A stretch of DNA of 64,000 nucleotides from Guillardia theta CCMP2712. Lineage: Eukaryota; Protista; Cryptophyta. The stretch's first letter is position 1. Every line of letters begins with the position of its first letter. The stretch covers positions 125,750 through 189,749 of the forward strand of contig NW_005434666.1 of the NCBI RefSeq assembly GCF_000315625.1. The letters are read 5' to 3'. Of the stretch, positions 1 through 12,600 are shown piece by piece. The notes beneath the pieces were generated by a model that had not been told where the DNA came from, did no database searches, and was given only the letters and a program-made list of their open reading frames with translations. A program made the translations under genes and the position numbers.

Positions 1-1882
1 CGCATGCAAGTCTCGAGCTTCTTGACAGCCTCAAGCGAGCATTGCCCACTCTTGGCCAGCGCAGAGAAGGTTGAACTTGTCTCTCGTCCTCTTGGCGGCT
101 TGTTGGTTGAGATGGCATCGTCGAGGTGACGGATGAAATCCTGTTCCATGTGCCTCCAGAGTTCTGTATCAAGAACTCCTGCTTGCAGGAAGGAAATAGC
201 TGAGAATACCCTTAGACACATGTGACGTGTTAGATGGATCATATACCGAATGAGGACAGCGAGTAAGGGTCCAAGCTTGAATTGACAACTGCTGCTTTCA
301 TTTTCTTGATTATTTTGTTCCCTCCCAGATGCTTGAGCTTCACCATGCTGCGGCACTTCAAAAAAAGTCATCTCGCAGTGAAAGGGGCACAACAACAGCA
401 GACATGGGTCGAGAGCGATCTAGCAGACATCTCGGACATCTCGTGGTTTTCGATCGCCAGGAGCAGATAGCGGAAGACAGCAGGCGCAAGCGACTCGCAA
501 CGGAGGAAGGACGAGGTGCACTCCATCAACTCCTGATAAAGAGGATGATTCGTAGAAGGCAGGATCGATAGCAAGCACCTTGAGGGAGAAGGAAGACGAG
601 GAAATCGACATTACACAGCTTGCAAGATGTTCAAAGTGACTTCGGTCAATCAGGCCAAGCTTTGCGTAAGAACTTGCAATAGTCGAGATGGACTGACTGG
701 TCATGTTTGTTGTTGGAAAGCTTATTGATACCTGTGTGCAGCGCTCAGATCTTCTGCAACAATGATGGAGATTGAATTCACGCACAGACCTCAATCAACA
801 AGGTGAGGAGCCTTTGATCTTTCAGGTTCAAATTGGCCAAAGAGTTAACAATATTTGAAACTGCCTGAGCGTCGAATGATTCTGCAAGAAGAACCATCAC
901 AAGGATTCTGTCTTTCTCAAAAACACACTCATCACCTTTGTTGCAGGCCAAAAGTCGATCAATGAGATGATTGAACACGCTTGAAGACCGAATTTTGTTC
1001 CGACTGTTAGAATCCGCGTCATTTGTAGGGCAATTTACAGGGCAGGATCGTTTCCTGTAAACGTGGAGGATCAGACCAACTTGTATGGGGTTGTAATCCC
1101 TGATGTCCAGCAACACCTAGTTTGGAAAAAGATTCAAACAGGGACCATGGTCTAGCAGAACCCACAGGCTCCAACATCTTCGCAACGTTGCTGGTGAAAC
1201 CGTTGCATTTACTGAGGGTGTGGACCAACGTCGCTAAGCTACGAGCATCGAACATGCTGGACTTCTCCAACCTCTCATCGTCTCCGAGCTCAACATATCT
1301 CAGGCAGAGAGCTCGCAGACGATTGATGATCAATTGCCGCATGCCAGTACTCGACATGTCGTTCTCAAACAGTATCATGAAGAGCAGTGACAGGTCGGAG
1401 GCGTCGAAGCTTGTTATCTCTGACTTGATCACATCCAAGTAACCTTGCTTCAAAGACTCCAGAGACACTGGATCCCCTGACTTATCCCTTGACGGAACCT
1501 CTTCCTCTGACCGAATCTCACGGATGATCTTGATGAACTCCGTTCTGTTGGATCGTGCGTGAGCAAGCAGGGCTTGTTCGTCTTGCAAAGCTTTCATCAG
1601 CAATGCTGCATCTACTGGAGCAAGCTCCCTCCCTCCCTCCGACTCGCCCTCTTCCCCTGTCGCTGCTGCTGCTCGTAGCTGAAACCTTGCTAGCGCCGAC
1701 CTTGAGGTTTTCGAAAATCCCGAGAAATGGCTGATCTTGGGAGCCAGCAAAGCATATCTAGGTGTACGAGATGTATGGATGCTTGGCACCATTCTTAGCT
1801 GCAAACAAACTCTCCATGCGGATACACGCAGAGGGGCACAACATGACCCAATCAACCATAGAAGTAATGCTGGGAACTTCAT
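1..1882 (-). CDS. Spliced helical-repeat protein (OPR/FAST-RAP-like RNA-binding), probably plastid-targeted; runs off the left edge
   Basis: N-terminus MKFPALLLWLIGSCCAPLRVSA-W looks like a signal peptide followed by an S/R-rich transit-like segment. Repeating helical units (SFDASDLSLL, MFDARSLATLVHTLSK, SFDAQAVSNIVNSLANL, NMTSQSISTIASSYAKLG) occur across ORFs 1019-1882, 778-1116 and 420-794. Confidence 0.6.
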
Positions 1883-3621
1883 CGAAGAATATCAAAATGT
1901 CACGCTAAGTCTCTACATAACACTATCAGCTTCCTGAGATCAAGCGCCATCGAATATTTTTGCATCCTCTTGTCGCGGGTAATGGTCTGTGACATTAGAC
2001 TCTCTGTCGTTGTGAGACGAGAGAGAAGCGAGCGGAGGGACGTCCGCTCTCCCTTGTATCCCCCTACCTCCTTCTCGAGCTCATTTTCGTTCTTGCTCTC
2101 GGTTCTTCTACCCAAGAATCCTCCCTCCTCTCTCTCTCTCTCTCTCCCGCAAGCTATTTTTCTCCCTCCCGATGCGTCCAATCGAGTTCGGCAGCTGATC
2201 CTAATTTTACTCAACAACGGGCCTAGGGTCTCAAATTTTACTCATCAAAATGCCGGGACCCCGGCCGGGCCGGGTGGCCGGACAGGCGGCATCAGTGCAG
2301 TGCCGGGCCTGATGAACTTAGATGATACTGGCCCGGGCAAGTTCAAGTTTACCTCGCGCCCACCCGTTACTTGACACACAGAGAGGGGGGTAGGGGGTCA
2401 TGCTGAATCCCGCAACTTCTGGGAACGTTCGGCAAAAAGTTGACCTGATGTTGTAAAAATCAACGTTCATCGTTTATGGAGGGTACTAGGTGGGCAAAGC
2501 TCCTCTAGTACCCGGTTGTCAAAGCAGCCATCAATGGGTTGCCGTCCAAGAAGTGCTGTTGGTAAGGGGTAGGGGTAGAGCATCACCCCCGGATAATTTG
2601 CCAGAAGAGAAATCACTCCATGGGGGTGGTTTGGAGTCTTTCATAGGGTACAGTGGGCGTAGGGTCAGGTTGGGGTGGTTCCCGGTCCGTTACCCTATCT
2701 CCTTCACAAAACTCCTTTTATGATCTAAAATAGTTTAAACTGTACCATCCTTTCGATGTAAAATGTTGTAATTAAACTAATAAAGGACACGGTTAGGATA
2801 GGCACATCAGGCCCTAGGAAGGATAGCTAGTAATCAAAGGTTCCTAGGACCCGAAGGAGTCACTGGAACACTGAGGGGATGGGGTGTTGGACGGTGCTCT
2901 CCATTGTTGGAGGGGGTGGGGGTCGACGGGGATGACTCGATCGGAGGGGTAGGAGGTACGTGGTCAGACCACGGTCTTGTAAAAGGTAGGGTAGTTTGTG
3001 GTATCAAGACCGGTGTCTATGTCATCGTGAACTTTCGAGGAGTGAGGGTGATAAGCTCAGATAGTTTTGACAAAATCCAGGGGGTGGGGGTTCAACAAGC
3101 CGACTTCAATGCACTCGCTTGATGTTGGAGGTAGAGGGATGAAGTGCGAAGATAGAGAGACAGGCAAGGAGATAGAATCAGACTAGGACTTGAGATGTAA
3201 GGTTACTATGACTTAGGAAGGAAGAGGACGCGAATGCTTGAAGTTTCATGCGTTGGCGAAAGAAATAGTTGATCATGGAGCACAGCAGGGTCGATGAGCG
3301 ATTGAGCGCAGAATGAATCTTAGAATCAGAACAGGTTTACAACATGACGTGTCGATACATATCATTCTTATCTCTTGAAATTGCGACGCTTGATGCAGCT
3401 TGGACTCGATTACTGACGCAGAGACGCTTCCTTCAATTTGACTGATTTCGATATTCTTACGCAGGTCTCATCTTATCCAAAAGGCAACAAACTATCATTC
3501 GGATATTCAAAGCACGTTTTTGGACCTTTTATATCAAATTCATGCGCGTGCTGCAAAGCACGGAAATGGTCGTTCTTTTCTTGACATGAAAACATCCACC
3601 AATCACAGAAAGGTGTTACAC

Positions 3622-6600
3622 ATGACGCGGGTCTCCCTCCTCCTTCTGTTCATCTTCGAGCAGATTGTTCTCACCTCCTGCCAAACATGCTTGACTACGC
3701 AAATCAATACTTGCAACCAGACAGATGTCTCAACAGTTGCAGGGGATCCTTTCACAATGATACTAAGGCTTTCCGATGCTTTCACATCAAGTTGTGGTTC
3801 AACATGTGATCCGAACTTGGTGGACGCATACATTGGTGGGCAGCGGGCTGAAGTGAGTTACATCAAAAATGCGCCATCGTATTTTCAGTTGCTATGGGGA
3901 AACGGTCTGAATACAAAGGGATTTTTCAACATCACGTGCAAGTTGAATCAACAGGACGTCACCAACTCACCGTACCCTTTGACAGTCACAGCAGCGGCAG
4001 AGGATCTGACTCAAGCCATCCTGCAAGACTTGGTTTCTAGTGCAGTGGTCAACAGCACAGTGACCTTGTAAGCAATCTCAACCTCTCTGTGCTCCTGCGT
4101 TTCCTCACCTTTGCACGTTTTGCAGTTCCCTACAGAGTCGAGATCAGTTTGGGAATGATGTTTCTAGCTCTCAGTTGTCCGTTCTGTTCACCTCTGCGAC
4201 GCTTCAAGGGAACGCAGCTTACGTGGGCAATGGGAAGTATCAAATCTCGTTCAGAAGCACACTCTCCGGAAGTTACACCTTAAGCATTTCAGTATCTTCG
4301 GGAACTTCTACAAGAGTGATCTCGCCCAAGGTGCGGAAATAAAGCAAGGTGTGCTTGGGAGTCCCTGCCTTGACCTTATTTTCAGTTTGAATACCTGCCC
4401 GGCAATCCTGACATCAACAAATTTTCCATCTCCCCCGTGTCCCTTGCCACGGCTGGAATCAACATTGTGGTCCCTGTTTTTGCTCGGGACACCTTTGGAA
4501 ATCTCATCTCCTCTAGCGTGCATGCTGACTACTCGCTCTCTGTAGCGCGAGGTGGGGTCACGCAGGTAAGGAGAGAGTACGAGAGGAGGGAGAGGAATGA
4601 TACGGTGCGGGCAGGCCGTCATCTCCTCCGAGAGTACAGCAGGAGGGCAAATGGGCGTCTCGTTTCTGCTTACCCTTGCAGCACAGTACAGCGTGCTTAT
4701 CATGGGCAACGGGACGGAGCTGCAAGGAACTCCATTCAGCATCTCCGTCATCCCCGCGATAATCAGCGGGCAGCAATGCATCGTTACCGTAAGCCGAACT
4801 CCTTCTTCGATTCCTCCTCCTAAGCACGGCGATCAATGCAGGGGACTGCGCTGACCTCCACGATGGCGGGAAAGCAGGCAGGGATGGTGATTCAGGCTGT
4901 CGATCAGTATGGGAACCAGAGAACAGACGGAGGAGTCAACTTCTTCTTCGCAGCTGAGGGCCCGCTGGAGAGGGCAACGAGCAACCGAGCCCAATGCAGT
5001 GACAGGTGCTGGTAGACGAGGTTTGTGAGCAGCCGCCGTTGACACTTCCAGCAGTTCTGCCGGCTCCTGCGGCATCACCCGCCAGCAGACAGCAGGTTCG
5101 TGCTCTGTCACCTTTACGCTCACCATCGCTGGGACGTACTCTGTCTCCCTCAACCTTGTCGGCGATTACACCGGAGGGAGCACAATCGGCTCTAGCCCGT
5201 ACAACATCACCATCCAGCCCAACACAGACACGCTTCCAGGCTTCGTTGCCGTCGACCCCATCACGGCCTCGGTGAGCTTGCATCCTGCTGTCAAGGCCCA
5301 TGAACTGACAGCCTTGCCCAGTCTCTTGCTGGGGTTCCTTTGAACTTGAATCTGCACGAGTCAGATCAGTACGGCAACGAGAGGAACTGTACTTCGATCA
5401 GACTCAACGGATTCTCTTTCACTTCACCGACCTCAGGCTCGTCGTTCTCCGGTACCTTGTCGACTTGAGATTCTCCCTTTGCTCACACTCCCTCCCCTCC
5501 CTTAGCCTCCACCGCCTTCGTCGGCACCTCCGATCAAGTCTGTGTCGTCTCTCTGTCGATGACCAACGCTGGAAGCTACGCACCACTGCTGAGCATCCTC
5601 GGACAGTCGATCGCCTCAACCAAGATCAACATCTCCATCTTTGCTGGTCCCATCGGCAACGTCTACACCAGTGTGGTGAACAAGCTGAGCTCGGGCGAGA
5701 GTTTCGATGCCAGCCAAGGGTTCGTGGACGCCATGGTGAACGGAGACTTCGTTCCCCAGCAGTACACCAATCGGTTTCCCTTGCAGACGTTCGACAGGTG
5801 ATGGTCGCGCTGATCTGTGTCTTTGCGATCGAGCCTGCCTGTGTTGCTTGTTTGTGTATCATCGTACATGTGACATTTCATTCCATGTTGATATGGATTG
5901 TCCATATGAATTATGCTGGTATATTTTTGGGCTGACGGTCTTCCGTCAAGGTACGGTAACGTTCTCAAGAGAGGAGGGTTTGCCGCAAACATCTCCGTCA
6001 ACGTCAGCTCGCAGATGTTTCCGTACTCAATAAGGGGAAGCGTTGCTGATCTTGAAGATGGCTATTACATGGTGTCATATACAACAACTGTCTCTGGCGG
6101 GTGAGATGATATGTTGATGACTTATTCTTGCGATCTCTCTTCCTTTTCCCCTTTATCCTCCTCCTCCTCCTCCTCCTCCTCCTCCTCCTCCTCCTCCTCC
6201 TCTTGCCCTACATCATCAGTAAAAGATTGATGTTGTCTTCAGATACCAGATATTCATCGATGTGGACGGCAACAGCATCAAGAACACTCCTTTCCAGGCC
6301 CTCATCCTCAGTGGGGCGATAGAAAGCTCTCAGTGCTACGCCTGCTTGCTCGACTCCACTGGCTGCAGGCGAGGGCAGCGAGGGGACCGGGATGCGACCT
6401 GTACCAGAAGTCTGAAAGCTGTCGGAGAGGAGGTTCTGCTGTGTGCTGAAGCTTCGCAAGTCACTCCTGCTTCACTCTATGTGAGGTTGGCAGACAGGTA
6501 CTCAGCCCTTCACTACTCTCCTCCGTAGCTCTCCTTTATGCGCCTGCTGCTATCCTAATCACTTTCCATACCCTCTGTTCCTCTCCTCCCCTCCATCCTC

Positions 6601-9600
6601 CGAGTTTTCATTGCTCACTCTCATACTTGCCTCTATCAGGTTCGGAAACGACATCACAGACAAGAGGGAACTCAATCTGATCAGATACTCCGTCTCCTTT
6701 TCTTCCTCCTCTGTCCAACCCAAGGTCTTCAACAATATCCTCTGCTTCCTCGACGGAGCAGGCTGTTCCTCTGCCACCTTGCTGGACGCCACCAACATAG
6801 ACAGCCTGGGAGGATTCATCGGCCAGTCTGCGAACTGGCTGTACCCAGTCTCCTTCGTCGGCTCAGTGAGCGGCAGCTACTCCCTTGAAATCCTCCTCGG
6901 ATCCAAGAACGCGTCCGGTCAGGCTCACTTCAGCAGCATTTCTCAGTCCGTCGTCAGGGCGGAGGTCCTTCCGTCCTCCCCTTGCTCCTCCTACTCGGTT
7001 GCAGCTGGGAGCTCCCTCTCCCTCTCCACTGCTGGGCATCAGTCGACCTTCCTCATCCTGACAAGAGATGCATTCAACAATGATCGCGTGGTATATCATC
7101 TGTTGTTCTTGCATCCTGCCCTGCCCTGCCCTGCCCTGCCCTGCCCAGCTCTCCACTCCTGTCCCCTGCCTCGTTCCCCCTCTGCTTCTTCATCGTTCAC
7201 CTCTTCATCACCAACCTCATCATCATGACGCACTAACTGCTCTTCAGGGCATCGTGAAAGCTCTGGACGCTGAGATCAGCTTGTTCGACTTTTCTCTGCT
7301 CGGCCCTTCTCCGGATGCTCAGACTCTCATGACTCCTGGGCAATCTGCTCCCTTCATCATCGGACAGGTTAAGAACGAGTCAGGTACTTGCTCCTCTCAC
7401 TCTGCTCCACTCTCACTCTGCTCCTCTCACTCTGCTCCTGCCTCCTTGCTCCTCCCCCGCACTTGCTGCTAGTTGAGACTTCTTACCCTCGTGCTTCTCC
7501 CTTCTCGCACAAAATCTACTCCACTTCTTCATTCCTCCATCCCTCGCTCCCTCCATCCTCCATCCTCCTTCCTCGCTACTTGAGTCTAAATCTCTCCTCC
7601 CTCCTACCTCACACCTTCTGGTATCTAAGTCTGTGTACAGGGGGTCTTTTCTCCGCTTCGTTCTCCTCGACCATTGCAGGAACGTACTCTCTCCGCCTCA
7701 AGCTTGGCGGCCAACATCTGGTCAATAGTCCCTTCACCCTGCAAGTCAACCCAGCTCCCGCCAGCCCCAACTCCAGTAGAGTCGTGTCCTCCCTCCAGCT
7801 GACAGTCGTCAGCGGGAAGTTTGCGCCTTTCCTCGTGCAGGCTTACGACCCTTTCGGCAACCGTATCTTCACATCAGACGACCAGTTCACAGGGGCCATG
7901 CCAGACCAGCTCAACGCGCATGTGGAGGTTCAACCCCTGACGCAGGGGCAGCATAACGTCTCCTTCCTCATGGTACCAGCCGCCTGCTGTCTTGTTCCCT
8001 CTCCTCTCCCTCTCCCTCTCCCTCTCCCTCCCTCCCTCTCCTCTCCCTNNNNNNNNNNNNNNNNNNNNNNNNNNNNNNNNNNNNNNNNNNNNNNNNNNNN
8101 NNNNNNNNNNNNNNNNNNNNNNNNNNNNNNNNNNNNNNNNNNNNNNNNCCTCCCTCCTCCCTCCTCCCTCCCTCCCTCCTCCCTCCCTCCCTCCCTCCCC
8201 TCCCTCCTCCCTCCCTCCCTCCCTCCTCCCTCCTCCCTCCTCCCTCCTCCCCTCCCTCCCTCCTCCCTCCCTCCCTCCCTCCCTCCTCCCTCCTCCCTCC
8301 TCCCTCCTCCCTCCTCCCTCCCTCCTCCCTCTGAATCTTCTTCTCCATCTCCCTCTATCTCCTCTCCCCTCCCCCATCCTCTTCTTCTTCCCTACTCAAA
8401 TTGTCCATCCTCTCTCTTACTTGTGTCCAGACTCAAGCAGGGCAATACGTCGCGCACGTTCGTCTTCAGGGCCAGGACATTCTTGACAGCCCCGTCAGCT
8501 TCATCGTGGTGGCGGGCCCAGCAGCATCGCAGACAAGCATCGTCAACAGCACAGACATCCTTGCCCTTGGCACTGTAGGAGAACACTGGAGGTTTAAGAT
8601 CCACGGCTTTGATAAGGTAACTTCTCCTCCTCCTTCCCCTCCTCCTCCTCCTCATTCTCCTCTTCTCCCATCCTCCTCTCTTCCTCCTCGTTCTCTTCCG
8701 CTTCCTCTGAATACTGCCCTTCCTTCCCCCCACTCCTCCTCCCCTCCTCTCCTCCTCTCCCATCCTATCCTCATCCCTCTCTTACCTCCTTGCCTCCTTG
8801 TTTCGCGCTCAAGTTTCCCATGACCCACCATACAGTTCTCGAACCTGCGCACTACGGGTGACGACCCCTTCTCCGTCCTCGTCTACTCACCCATCTGGGC
8901 TGACTGCAGCAACTGCTCCAATTGCTCCCTCCCTGACGGGTCGACGATCAGCCGATCGGACTGCCTCTCTTCCCCTCCTCGCAACGGCGTCTGCTCGCCT
9001 TGCCCAAGTAGGCTTGCAGCTGTCGTCGACCTTTCCATCCCTTCCTCTTGCTCCCAGGTCCTCCCCCTCCTCGGAGACTTCGGCTGCAAGGGAGGAACGT
9101 ACCTCGCCGACTTCGTCCCTACCAAGTCAGGGACGTACGCCGTGACTGCGTTCCTCAGCGGAGCTTCGGTATCGCCTGTCATGTTCACCTTCACTGTCTT
9201 CCCCGGCGTTCCAGACCCTGCCTTCTCCAAGGTGGAGCCAGACGGGAAGTCGCTGACGCTGATCACGGCTGGAGTCCAGCACAGCTTCCTGATCAAAAGC
9301 TTCGACAGGTTCATGAACTCCGTCCAGTACTCCCTAAGCAGCTCCTTCCTCCTTAGTGTGACTCCTTTCCTGTCGTCTCAAGTGCTCCTCGCCTCGTCGA
9401 CATACGAAGACCTGGGCTCGGGGCTCTTCCGGCAGACCTTCCTCCTGTCGATCTCGGGGAGTTACAAAGTGAACGTCTTCCTTGACAGCAAGGCTGTCGT
9501 TGGCTCCCCCTTCAACGTCACCGTCATCTCAGCTGGAGTGAACGCCTCCAACAGCATCCCTAGGGGACTTGGCTTCACCCTGGCCACCGCAGGGATGGCA

Positions 9601-12600
9601 GGGAGCTTCTTCATTCAGACCAGAGACTCGTTTGGGAATTGGAAGACAGCAGCCTCGGCCGGCAACTGGCAGATCAGCGTCCTACGCTCGTGCGCGGGGC
9701 AAGAGGCGACCACGTTCGTCCCTGTTGTCAACGACCTGCAGGATGGAACGTACGCCGTAGTCTACACCATCACAGTCAGCGGGAGGTACTGCCTAGTTGG
9801 CTCCGACGGCAGCACTCAGCTTTCTGGAACTCCGTCGGAGCTGACGGTCCTCCCTGGTTCAGCTTCTCCGCACTATGCAGCGCCTTCCGGTTCCGCTCTG
9901 TCATCGACTACCGTCGGAGTAGTCTCGTCCTTCCTCATCCAGTCTGCTGACATGTTCGGGAACGTCAAGACGAGAGGAGGAGACGTCTACCAGGTCGAGC
10001 TCAAGGGAGGCTGGCGAGTAGCAGCCGACAGCTCTGTGGCGCAGGAAGTGACAGTGACGGGGGAGGTCGAGGATAAGGCGGACGGGAGTTACGTGGCCCG
10101 GTACCTGACCACCCGCTCGGGATCGTTCGCAGTACACATCTTCCTCCTCTCGGGCACCGCGGGAGCGAGAGAAGAGATCGACGGGAGCCCTAGAAACATC
10201 TCTGTGCTCCCTGGACAGCTCGATATCTCCCACACGGCTGTCTTCTCCTTCAACGTCGTCAACCCCGCGTTGGCAAGAACCTTATGCAGATCCTTGGTAA
10301 GGACAGCTTCGCCAACCCGCTCACCTCCTCCTCCTTCGCTGGCTCCCTCTCCCTCTCCCTCCAGCTCATCGGGGGAGGTCCTTGGATCCCAGGGAAAGTT
10401 TACAACTCCTCTTCAGTTGGGGTGATAACTGGCGAGCTGTTCGTGACGCAAGCAGGGCTGTACCGCGTCCTCCTCTCCTCCGCGAACGTCAGCGCAGCGG
10501 GCTTCCCGCTCAACATCTCTTTCCTCCCCGGCGATCCTACAGTGTCCAACTTCTTCCCGACCTTCCCGGAGCATGTCGTCTGCACACACCCACAGGGATG
10601 CAACAGGACGCGGCGGGTTGCGACAGCAGGAGAGAACAGCGCGTTCATGGTGACCTCGGTCGATGAGTTCGGCAACATGGGAGATATGCTAGCTCCTCCG
10701 CTCCTCCTCACGTACGCAGACAGTTACAGTCCCTCCATCCTCTACAGGAGCGACAAGTCGGTGGAAGGCGTGTCTACAATCTTAGTCAACATCACCAAGA
10801 AAGGGACGTACAACCTGACAGTCGTCGACCTGCAAGGCACCAGCATCCGCCTCTCTCCCTTCCTCTTCTCTGTCGTCCCCGCAGATCTCTTCCCTCCTCT
10901 CTGCACGGCCGTAGGGAACGGCATCACCGTCGGGAGGCTGGAGTTGACGCGACTTTCACGATCATAGCAAAAGACAAGTGGGGCAACCAGCGGGAGCATG
11001 GGACATGGGATGACATCCAGAAGGAGGTCTGACGAGTCCTTGTCTTGAGTCCTCCTACTCGACCTGTCAGCCTCCCTGCCATCTTGCTCTGCCCTCCTTC
11101 CCTCCCTCTCGCCTTCCGCCTTCGCTTCCCTCCTCCATATCCCTTCTCTTGCCTCTCTTCCCGCATCCTCTCCTCAGTTTCTTGGCGTACTTTTCTCACA
11201 TTCTCATATCTCTCTACCTCGCCTTTCACTTCTTGTTCTTGATCTTTCCGCACCATCCCACATCATGTCCTGACTCATTCCTCCAGTTTATCGCAGACTT
11301 CTTCAGCTCTAGCATGTCCGTCTACACAGCAGCAGGAACAGACGCCTCCCTCCTCCGCCGCTCCATCCGAGACCAGGAAACAGGAACCTACCTTGCAGCA
11401 TACCAGGTCACCGCAGCAGGAAGGTACACTGTGGCAGTCTACAGGATAGAACGAGGACTCACCAACGACTTCGTTCACATCCTCGGCTCTCCCTTCTCCG
11501 TCCTTATCAACCCTGGCCCGGCCTTTCCCGCTAGCATCCTCCTCTCGGGAGACAACCTCCTCACAGCCCGTGCAGGGCAGAACGCAAGCTTTTCCCTCCA
11601 GTCCTTCGATCGCTTCGGGAACCGCCGCACCCAGGGCAACGATCCTCTTATGGCCACCGTCACCCTGACGAGCGGAGGAGGAGCGGTCTTGGTGCAGCAG
11701 AACTGCAGCATCAGGAGCGCGGGCTTCGGCAACTACACTCTCTCTTACCGCCTCACAGTCAGCGGGCAGTATACCCTTCGGGTCACCTGCAACGGCGTGG
11801 ACGTGGGGGCGGCAAGGCCGATCCGCAGCCCCCTCAGCCTCTTCGTGTTTGCCAGCAGCGTGTGGGCCCCCCAGACTCTCATCTCCGGGGAGGGATCGAG
11901 GGTTTGCACTGTAAACAAGGAGAGTAGCATGACGCTGAATCTGCGCGACATGTACGGCAACGTCATCACCAACACCCTCACCTCCCTCGAGCTGTGCGCA
12001 GTTGACAGCTGCGACATCAGCCAGGGCGCTGCTTCCCTCCGTCTCGTCTTCTACAACCTGGGATCAGGTGCTCAGCTCGCTCCCGCGCTGTGCTCGCTGC
12101 GCCTTGTTTGCGAGTGTTTTCCGTCCTTTCTCCTCCTCCTCCTCCTCCTCCTCCTCCTCCTCCCCCATCTTTTCGTTTCCCTCTTCGCCCCCCCCCCTAC
12201 TTCCCTGCTTTGATACCTGCTCCCTTTGCCTTCTCTTCTGCTAGCCCGGAACAATCTCTTCTCACCCAATTCTTCTTATCGCGTGTTTCATCCCATCGTC
12301 CTTCCTCATAATCCGCACCCTTCCTGCCTCTCTGCTTCCTCCTACTGCTCCTTTCTGATCGCCTCCCCGCAGGAACCTCCTACGGAGTCCGTCAGAAGTT
12401 CTCACAGACTGTGATCAAGTTCGAGGCAGGGAGCACTCAGCCGATTCCTGTGGAGTTAAGGCTGAATGAAGACGCCTCTTACTCCATCCAATACACGTTG
12501 AGCGAGCAGGGGAACTTTTCAGTGAGCGCCTTGGTGAATGACCAGCATATCTATGGGTGAGAGTCTGTCAAGAAACTTCCTGTTGTTGACAACAATGATA

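Noticed and set aside
7874-8486. ORFs with poly-Pro/Ser or Gly/Glu/Arg repeats
   Set aside because: Translations of an intronic (CCT/CTCC)n tract spanning an N-gap.
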